From the IMG/VR virus record IMGVR_UViG_3300017978_000202, positions 1 through 62,190 of that record: a DNA stretch of 62,190 nt. One strand, written 5' to 3'. Below the pieces are notes generated by a model. The model had not been told where the DNA came from. It saw nothing but the letters and a program-made list of their open reading frames with translations, and did no database searches. Shown one piece after another: positions 54,841-62,190 of the stretch; position 1 is the stretch's first letter; each line of letters starts with the position of its first letter. Source of the DNA: a virus (taxonomy: Duplodnaviria; Caudoviricetes). The position numbers and the translations under genes were made by a program.

Positions 54841-55360
54841 GTACACCAAGATGGAAGCTCTGTCTCAGATATTGAACAGAGAGTTTGAAGCAAATATTTT
54901 AGAGTATTCAAAAAAACAAAACAACGTAAACGCAAGGAAGGTGTTTTGTAAAATACTAAGTGACATCGGATTCTCAAGTGATGACATCTGTGACTTTCTA
55001 AAGAGAGACTACGGGGTTTATATGTACTACATGGGAGACGTAGAAGACCTTTTGAAGTATAACCCTGATGTGAAGGAGAAATATCTAGAGTGTAAAGATT
55101 TGTTCTTCATAACAATAAAGGAAGTTGTACAGGACCAATATGAGTATGTCCCCGACAGAAGCATAAAGATGGGTTACTCTGTTTGGGACAGAAGTGGGTT
55201 AGAGAAAGTTGAAGATAAGTACGATAGGATAAGAAAGGTTATCGAGCTTGTTGACATCAATACTCCATTGGGTGAAGAGCATTTAGTATTCGAGAAACTA
55301 GTCCAAGTGTTTGAAACTATGTCAGACCATGGAAAAAAAACGAGAGAGAGAAAATGCTAG
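54827..55360 (+). CDS. Degenerate DnaA-C-like HTH protein
   Basis: K...VNARK.F..IL...GFS...I..FLKRD pattern. Confidence 0.45.
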   Translation: MIMHKYTKMEALSQILNREFEANILEYSKKQNNVNARKVFCKILSDIGFSSDDICDFLKRDYGVYMYYMGDVEDLLKYNPDVKEKYLECKDLFFITIKEVVQDQYEYVPDRSIKMGYSVWDRSGLEKVEDKYDRIRKVIELVDINTPLGEEHLVFEKLVQVFETMSDHGKKTRERKC

Positions 55361-55523
55361 GGCAAATAGAATTGCTGCAAGGGTGGGCTTAAACCACGTC
55401 CTGTTAGCTAGTATTTATGAGAACGTAGTGGATAGGGACTTCAAGAAGGCTGAGATAGAGCTGAAGGAACTTATCTACGATTTAAGATTAATGTTGAAAT
55501 CAATAGAGGAAGATGATTTTTGA
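55329..55523 (+). CDS. Hypothetical protein
   Basis: Start re-assigned; IYEN.VDRDF. Confidence 0.55.
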   Translation: MEKKRERENARANRIAARVGLNHVLLASIYENVVDRDFKKAEIELKELIYDLRLMLKSIEEDDF

Positions 55524-55908
55524 AACGGACACAGATATTTTAAGGGAAAAAAAAGCAATTGATTTGTTCGTAAGTATTTTTAAAGGCTCCTACAAGAAGC
55601 TTGACCAGTTCGACATAGACTACAAGGTGTCCGATGATAGAGGACAACTGATTGCATATGTTGAGGTGGTTGGAAGGATTAGGACCATGAAGACATCTTA
55701 CCCTCTGCCGATTACTTTGAGTAAGTTAAACAAGCTCATAGAGAAGCGACTCAATCCTGTGATTGTCTGGGCCTGTGACGATGGCATCATCTACGCTGAG
55801 GCCACTAAGATAGATGGAGTAATAAAGTGGGGAGGTCTCCCTCCCCGTGATGAGATGATGGTCTACTACGACAAGAATAAGACTATGAAGTACGTGAGGT
55901 ACGTTTAG
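55513..55908 (+). CDS. PD-(D/E)XK-like protein (EVK changed to EVV)
   Basis: DIDY...AYVEVVGR; last plus-strand gene, convergent with the giant gene. Confidence 0.5.
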   Translation: MIFETDTDILREKKAIDLFVSIFKGSYKKLDQFDIDYKVSDDRGQLIAYVEVVGRIRTMKTSYPLPITLSKLNKLIEKRLNPVIVWACDDGIIYAEATKIDGVIKWGGLPPRDEMMVYYDKNKTMKYVRYV

Positions 55909-58900
55909 TTACCCCTATTCTTTTTCTTAAACTCCTTGTCTTCTCTAGCCGTAGCTTCCTTTTGTAATTTACTTTCAACAGCTTCCTTTGCCTTGGTTTC
56001 TTTATTCCAATCCGAGTTAGGCCCGAATCTTTTTCTCCAAAGGGAAGGATTCAATCGCTTCATATCACTCTCATTATTGTATCTCTGTCCTTTGCTTGAA
56101 TCATAAAGTAGCCTTTTCTTCTTTGCAGTCAACATCTCCTTCTGCTTATCAATTGCAGCCTTAGCCTCTTCGCTGCCTACAATCTCAACAATCTTTTTGT
56201 CTATAGCCCTGCGCTCTTCCTGATTCTTAGTCTTGTTCTTTAGCTCTTTCAAGTCCTTCAGCTTATCATAATCATCAGGAGTAGTAATACTTGATTCAGG
56301 GGTACTAGCAGCCTTGCGTAGGTCCTTATAAATCTCATCGTTTACAGCCCTCTTTATATCTTTGTAAAAAGGAATTAGTCCTGCGTTGCCGGCAACCTCT
56401 AAAGGTATCCTGTAATTCACAGTCATGTCCTCTCTTCGTATAGCATCAGGTTCTTTTTTTGTTGGACCATCTCCCATTACTCTGCTAGATAGTGCCCCAA
56501 AGTTTTTGCCTATCAATACAGCTGTGTTCAATGCAGGGGTATATGCCCCTGCCATATTAATAGCTATTTTTGGAACGTCTATATCTCCTCTGTCACCAAC
56601 ATTTATGTAAGTGTATGCAATGTTGTCCTTGTAGAAATCATACTCTCCATTTCTAAGGAAGTCAAGATACTCTTCGTTTATTTTTTCTACACCAAAGTTT
56701 ATCATTCCTCTTACTGCGTTGCCAAAGTTTCTTCCAACGGTATATCCAGCCAACACGTTAGCCAATCCTCTGCCAATCATTTGATAGTATGACTTCTCAT
56801 CCACTTCTTCTTCATCTTCCCAATCGAATGCAAGGCCAAGTGCAGCTCCAACAATACCAGCCCCCATATTAGCCACCATAACCTGATAGATTACAGACCT
56901 AGTTGTGATGCCAGCAAGTACAGCTGCAGCCTTTTGCTTAGTCATGTATCCTTCGTTGAACAAATTATAGACTGCACTTCTTGCTGCAGCATAATCAAAG
57001 TTCATGAAGTTGGTCATGAAAGTGTTAAAGTTGTTCCAAATCTTTGCTGTTAATCCTTGATTTGGCTTTAGCTTACCTTTAAGTATGCCCATGAACTCGT
57101 TATTAGATGCGCCTGAGTACACAGACTCTTGGTCAGCCTTTCTTGTGGCCTGCTCAATTGCATCTGCATTCTTCTGCATATAATCAAGGTCGTTGTTAAT
57201 CATCATCTCCTGATTAACTTCTTCCCCTGTTATTTTCTTGAACTCATTCATGAAACTACCAAACCAAAGTGGCATCGAAACCACCTTATCTGGAGTGGTT
57301 AGCATTGTATCAGCTATGTATTCAACAGGGTTCTGAACTAACTTTTTTAGAGTAAGATTATAAATCTGAGTTGTTCTGTTTCTCAAGGCACCTCTAGAAA
57401 TGCTGCCCTTGATACCTGATGTTTGCTTTAGTATCTGTGGGTCAACCATCTTACCAGACAGGGCATCTGTAGAATAAAGCCTAGACGTTTGTTTTGACTT
57501 TGCGTTCTTCATGAACTCATACCCATTAGCTGAAGCAATAAGCTTTGCATTCATAATACCTGTCCCAAAAGCCTTAGGATTTACAAGCAAGGCGTTTACA
57601 ATGTTAGAAGCTAGTTCAGCTTGGAATCTAGTAGTGCCAGCTAAGGCAGCTCTGTATCCTTGCTTCTGAATAAAGTCAAACACTTCATTTGAAAGGTCAT
57701 CCTGAACAATATTGTTTGTCAATATATTCTCAAGAGCTTCCTCGTATGCATTGTTTATGGCATTGAATATTTGAGTCTTCTCCTTATCCATTAAGCCCTT
57801 ACTCTCTAGGTTCTTCTCTGCCTGAATCAAGGTTCTTCTAGCGGTACGAATAGGAGAGGTCATATTGTAATCCAACAACACAAACTTGGCTCCCTTTTGA
57901 GTAGATGTAAACAAGTCAAAGTTCAGTGGAGTCAAAGCACCTGTTCGCTCAATCAAAGACTTAGCCTTTGTAGTCGGACGCATTGAGTTGCTATAGCTAT
58001 TGGAGAACTCAGGTGCAGCCGTAGCATCCATAGGGTTCTGCTCATGCAAAACATTGTGGTGAAAATAATTGTCCATCAACTCAACCTTATTACCACGTAT
58101 CACAGACGCAGTGTAGGCCGCCTTCTCTCCTAGAGATGCATTGATTTCAGTCATCACTTTAATGGCGTTCTTCTCTGCGCTGTTGAATGTATTATAGAAC
58201 TCATCTATGGTATAGCTTTCAACCTCTTTAAGTATCTTCTCCAGCTTCTCAGCATCAGCTTCTTTAAAGACTGACTTGCCTTTTCTAATATGTTTAATAG
58301 TAGCCTTGAGATAATCAGCGACAGGATTAACACCCTTCTTACCTACGTTTGACTCGTACTCACGCTGAAGCATATATGCTGTCATTCTAAACTTAGACAT
58401 CAGATACTTGTCAGGGTTCTGTCTGAACGATGCCAATACCTTATTTTGAGCTGCATCTATTTTTTGAGACACTCTTTTTAGCTCAGAGTTAAAACTAGAC
58501 AAAGCCTGAGCAGAGTTCTCAAGAAGTGAGTTAAAGATGTCTCTTGTTTTAAAGTCACCGAATACGTTATCTATGTAGTACAATGGGTTCGCTCTTATCA
58601 ACTCATCTATAGCTCCCTTCTTTGTAAACTTATCTTTTAATCTTGAGTATAGTTTTGAGAAAGACAAAGGCTTAGCTTTTTCTATGGCACCAGAAAGAAC
58701 CTTGCCTTGCTTGATAGCCTCAAGTTTCTCTATAGATACCTTGGCATAATGAGGAAGGTACCCGTTGTTGATGTTACCTATAACCTTTATTATATTTTTA
58801 AGGTCAGTCAAAGGAAGGTTCATCAGGTCCTCAACGCTCAGTTCTTTGATAAGCTTTGCTAGATTTAATGCATCCTCTTTCTCATCACGGCTAGGCAACG

Positions 58901-61900
58901 GGAACTCCTTGTTATCAATCTTTAGCTCCTTTAATATTTTTATCTCTTTCTTTTTATCTGCTTCAATTTCTGCATCAGTAGCAGGCGTAGGCTCTACCTG
59001 AGGAAGTATCTCAGACTTGTACTTCTTCATCAAGTCTGCTTCATCAGTAGTAATTATACCACCGTCTATCATGTCCTTGATAGTTGAAGCATAGCTAAGG
59101 TTGCCATCTTCGTTAAATACTTTGCCCTCGTAGTTGTTAAACCTATCCGCAAGTTCGTCAACCAAAGAAAACTCATTGCTTACCTCTTCAAGTATTTCAT
59201 TGACTTGTTTCAATGCCTTGACTCTGTCGGGGATACTAAGGACAACCTTTCTTGCGCTGAAGTCTTCTAAGATACCCAAGTACTTCTCCAATTGATTCAA
59301 AGGTATAAGTGTTGGGTTGATTGATAGCAATTGATTTAATGGCTCAAATAGGTCTTGAGAAATACCAATCTTAGTCTTAATGTTTTTCTTGGCCTGCTTA
59401 ATTTGACTTAAAGCAGTGCCCATCTTCCCAACGTAATCAGCCTTAGAGAATACCTTCGCCATGTAATCAACAAAGTTGGATACAGAGGCTTCATTCAATG
59501 GATTTATTTTTAGTGTTCTAGCAACAATACTAGCAGCTTGAGTGGCAGTAATCTTTCCAGATGCTGCCAACTCTCTAATCTCACTAGCCAAGTCCTTAGT
59601 CACGTCTCTTCCTAGCTCACGTATCCTTGAGATAATCTTTAGCTTCTCTTCTCTAGTTACGTTGGTAATGTCCTTGAGTACACCGATAACACGGCCAATT
59701 GATGCAGCCTTACGTGGTTCAACACCCATTCTAGCACGTGCTTCACGCTCCATGATTTTGCGCTGGGCATCATTGACATCCAAATCCTTATAGAAATCTC
59801 GGACCATTTTATCCAAGTTGGATACAATCTTCTTTTCAGGAATCTCTTTTGATTTCTGGGTTGCTATCAACTTATCAGCCTTATTCATCAAGGTATTGAA
59901 ATCCTCTTGAATACTAGCAATATCAAGGATGTCTCTAAGCATCTCCTGAGAGATGTTGTTTTCTGCAGCTATATTTTTGATGGCATCACGTAGTTTCATG
60001 CCACCCTGAACCAATGCCTTTAGGCCTTTAACCATTCCTTGAATAGCGGTTAGAGGAATACCAAGCAACGCATCGTTAGCTCTTGTCTTTAATGTTTTTG
60101 AAATGCCTTTATCTATTTTGTCAAGGAAATCAAAAGCATCTTCTAGTACATCTACCTCCTTGCCTTGTTCTTGTTTAGTGGCTAAGAGGTTATCAAACAC
60201 AGAAGTAATGCTAGGCGTAAGCTTAATGTCTATGCTGCTGCCCTTAATGGTTTTGTAAATATTCGTAAGCCAATCCTTTAGTTTTTCAAATACGTTTTTC
60301 AACGCATTGCTTGGTGCTTTACCTGACCTTAAATATTTCTCAAACCCTCTGGCCCACTTCTCCTCAGCTCCACGAGTCCATTGATTGTTCTCAACGCCAG
60401 CCCACTTTTTAGCAGTCTCATAGTCTTTTGCGAAATCAGTATTAGTCTCAGCTAACTTCTCGAGAACCCTACGGCCAAGGTGGCCACTCATTTCGTGAGT
60501 AAGTGTAGAGATATCAGCGCCATCAAAAACGTAGACCGAAGCCTTGTTATCGTTAGAGAAATCAATAGCTCCTTTTATCTTGCCACCCTCTTCTTGGAAA
60601 GCAATGACTGGATTGCTTGCATCTTCTGCAGTTATTAAGGTTCTAACCCAAGACTTACCATTATTATCTTTTACCACCTCAGCGTCAGGTCGCATCTTGC
60701 GAATCATCTCACCAAGCTCTCCGTACTTGTTGACTACAGTTGATTGGTCTGAGCTAAGGTTATCTTCAAAGTCGGTCTCATCAACCTCACTTTGATATTC
60801 TGAAGGCTGACCAAGATTTTCTGTAGCCCTTCTTTCGTCAATCGTATAGATAGTATCGCCATCTTCATAAATCTCCTCTGCCCAAGATGCCAAGTCTTGG
60901 GGGGTCATGTAGTCGTATTCCTTTTCTATTCGGTCTCTTAGACCTCTTTCTATTTTATTCCAAGAAACAGTTTCTTCTTCAGGGTTATCTTCAAAGTATG
61001 AGTTTAATTCATCCTTAAGGTTCTCAGACATATACTCGTCTGCTTCATACTCTTCAGCTTCTTGTCTTGTTATTGCATTTATATCACTTACCTGAAAGTT
61101 GTACTCCAACTCACTCATTCGGTTATCAACCTCATCTCTTCTTAGGTCATCAATATCGTATACTGAAACAGAATCTCTAGCAGCAACAACTATATAGTCA
61201 TTACTTGATTCCACGACAATCATTCGAGTTCCACCGTAATCAATAAGGTCTCCGGGCTCAAGATAGCTTTCATCTCCACGAATAACTTCATAAGGAGCAT
61301 TACCTTTATCACTTACGTATCCTTCAATTACAGCAATAGTATATGGTGTAGGGAACCAAAGTTCAGTAGCTCCTTTGTCTGCAGCGTGTTTAAGCGACTC
61401 TCTGAATAGTCTTAGCTCGTGAACCTTCTGTGAAGCCACAAATTGACTAAGCATTAAGTTGCCAGCCTCTGACTTCTTAACTTCTTCTACTCTTTTTGCT
61501 ATGTATTTGTACTCTTCTTTCTTTAGTTCTTTTCTTTTGATTTCGTAATCATCCTGTATCTCTCTAAATCTTTTAGCTACAGCCTTATCGCTATCTTGTC
61601 TAGCCAATACTCTACTAGCTTCAATAACCACTCTGTTCTCTGCGTGTTCATCAACATCGTATCCAATTGGAGCAGTTGAATAGGTTTCAATACGCTCTAA
61701 TCCAAGTAAGTCACCATCTGAGTTGAATGCGCCAATACCTGTTTTTTCACCCTTCTCGTTAAGTACATATTGTGTTTCAATGTCAAGCTCTTTCTTAAAC
61801 AGCTCACGTGTTTCTTTATCAAGCTTGCTTCTAAAGTTTTTATTCATGTATTCATCTATCTCCTCTTGAGGGATTTTTGATGCGTACAAATCATTAGCCT

Positions 61901-62190
61901 TGTTCTTTTGGAAGTAGTCGCTTTGTAGTTCTGCTAAGGTGTATACCCCAGTATTTCTATTAAACCAATTACGAATGTGTCCGAACAATCCTACATTTAT
62001 ATTTCTTTCTGAAACAGAGTTTCTATCATTGACCCATCTCTGTACATCAGCAAGAGGTCCTGCTGTTCCCACGTACTGAGCCATTTCATTTTGCTCAACA
62101 CCTGCTGGCATATTAGCATCAATAGCTACATACTGCTCAGTGTTTGGTACCTGACGAATGTTCCAAGTAGTAATTTGAATAGCTCTATTG
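55905..62190 (-). CDS. 3' part of the giant virion/ejection protein
   Basis: Frame open to the window end; LFGHIR...ELQSD motif and THEMSGH (zincin-like) followed by EEKWARGFE.YL..G.AP. Confidence 0.85.
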   Translation of the reverse strand, partial: NRAIQITTWNIRQVPNTEQYVAIDANMPAGVEQNEMAQYVGTAGPLADVQRWVNDRNSVSERNINVGLFGHIRNWFNRNTGVYTLAELQSDYFQKNKANDLYASKIPQEEIDEYMNKNFRSKLDKETRELFKKELDIETQYVLNEKGEKTGIGAFNSDGDLLGLERIETYSTAPIGYDVDEHAENRVVIEASRVLARQDSDKAVAKRFREIQDDYEIKRKELKKEEYKYIAKRVEEVKKSEAGNLMLSQFVASQKVHELRLFRESLKHAADKGATELWFPTPYTIAVIEGYVSDKGNAPYEVIRGDESYLEPGDLIDYGGTRMIVVESSNDYIVVAARDSVSVYDIDDLRRDEVDNRMSELEYNFQVSDINAITRQEAEEYEADEYMSENLKDELNSYFEDNPEEETVSWNKIERGLRDRIEKEYDYMTPQDLASWAEEIYEDGDTIYTIDERRATENLGQPSEYQSEVDETDFEDNLSSDQSTVVNKYGELGEMIRKMRPDAEVVKDNNGKSWVRTLITAEDASNPVIAFQEEGGKIKGAIDFSNDNKASVYVFDGADISTLTHEMSGHLGRRVLEKLAETNTDFAKDYETAKKWAGVENNQWTRGAEEKWARGFEKYLRSGKAPSNALKNVFEKLKDWLTNIYKTIKGSSIDIKLTPSITSVFDNLLATKQEQGKEVDVLEDAFDFLDKIDKGISKTLKTRANDALLGIPLTAIQGMVKGLKALVQGGMKLRDAIKNIAAENNISQEMLRDILDIASIQEDFNTLMNKADKLIATQKSKEIPEKKIVSNLDKMVRDFYKDLDVNDAQRKIMEREARARMGVEPRKAASIGRVIGVLKDITNVTREEKLKIISRIRELGRDVTKDLASEIRELAASGKITATQAASIVARTLKINPLNEASVSNFVDYMAKVFSKADYVGKMGTALSQIKQAKKNIKTKIGISQDLFEPLNQLLSINPTLIPLNQLEKYLGILEDFSARKVVLSIPDRVKALKQVNEILEEVSNEFSLVDELADRFNNYEGKVFNEDGNLSYASTIKDMIDGGIITTDEADLMKKYKSEILPQVEPTPATDAEIEADKKKEIKILKELKIDNKEFPLPSRDEKEDALNLAKLIKELSVEDLMNLPLTDLKNIIKVIGNINNGYLPHYAKVSIEKLEAIKQGKVLSGAIEKAKPLSFSKLYSRLKDKFTKKGAIDELIRANPLYYIDNVFGDFKTRDIFNSLLENSAQALSSFNSELKRVSQKIDAAQNKVLASFRQNPDKYLMSKFRMTAYMLQREYESNVGKKGVNPVADYLKATIKHIRKGKSVFKEADAEKLEKILKEVESYTIDEFYNTFNSAEKNAIKVMTEINASLGEKAAYTASVIRGNKVELMDNYFHHNVLHEQNPMDATAAPEFSNSYSNSMRPTTKAKSLIERTGALTPLNFDLFTSTQKGAKFVLLDYNMTSPIRTARRTLIQAEKNLESKGLMDKEKTQIFNAINNAYEEALENILTNNIVQDDLSNEVFDFIQKQGYRAALAGTTRFQAELASNIVNALLVNPKAFGTGIMNAKLIASANGYEFMKNAKSKQTSRLYSTDALSGKMVDPQILKQTSGIKGSISRGALRNRTTQIYNLTLKKLVQNPVEYIADTMLTTPDKVVSMPLWFGSFMNEFKKITGEEVNQEMMINNDLDYMQKNADAIEQATRKADQESVYSGASNNEFMGILKGKLKPNQGLTAKIWNNFNTFMTNFMNFDYAAARSAVYNLFNEGYMTKQKAAAVLAGITTRSVIYQVMVANMGAGIVGAALGLAFDWEDEEEVDEKSYYQMIGRGLANVLAGYTVGRNFGNAVRGMINFGVEKINEEYLDFLRNGEYDFYKDNIAYTYINVGDRGDIDVPKIAINMAGAYTPALNTAVLIGKNFGALSSRVMGDGPTKKEPDAIRREDMTVNYRIPLEVAGNAGLIPFYKDIKRAVNDEIYKDLRKAASTPESSITTPDDYDKLKDLKELKNKTKNQEERRAIDKKIVEIVGSEEAKAAIDKQKEMLTAKKKRLLYDSSKGQRYNNESDMKRLNPSLWRKRFGPNSDWNKETKAKEAVESKLQKEATAREDKEFKKKNRGN

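Noticed and set aside
55331-55340. A8 run as a frameshift site
   Set aside because: Explained by overlap of two genes, the downstream one having its own ATG at 55329.
1-62190. Stop-codon reassignment as in some crAss-like phages
   Set aside because: Long genes are intact under the standard code and TAA, TAG and TGA all terminate ORFs; no suppressor tRNA seen.
55905-62190. Virion RNA polymerase
   Set aside because: No DxDxD catalytic motif in a convincing context, and late genes carry host-type TAnnTTTG promoters.

Overview
The window looks like a complete, circularly permuted 62.2-kb genome of a lytic podovirus-type phage of Bacteroidota. The support is a crAss-like/phi38:1-like terminase-portal-capsid-tail module, host-type TAnnTTTG promoters, A-rich translation starts and the standard genetic code. 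One reading frame runs uninterrupted from 3326 through position 1/62190 to 55905, giving a ~3203-aa virion protein with an ADP-ribosyltransferase-like domain. The minus strand (1-39953, 55905-end) carries ejection, tail, capsid, packaging, lysis, small basic proteins and GroEL/GroES. The plus strand (40533-55908) carries early genes, Sak/exonuclease/SSB, primase-helicase, SF2 helicase and nucleases. I recognise no DNA polymerase, RNA polymerase or integrase. The most unusual feature is a cluster of structured RNAs at 46776-47739. It includes three near-identical tRNA acceptor/D/T-arm scaffolds whose anticodon regions are replaced by unrelated 57-96 nt inserts, plus a fourth aberrant tRNA-like RNA. 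Also notable: two out-of-frame ORFs nested in the giant gene, two candidate -1 frameshift sites (giant gene, primase-helicase) and a duplicated iteron-like origin element. Family names come from motif recognition only; no searches were run.
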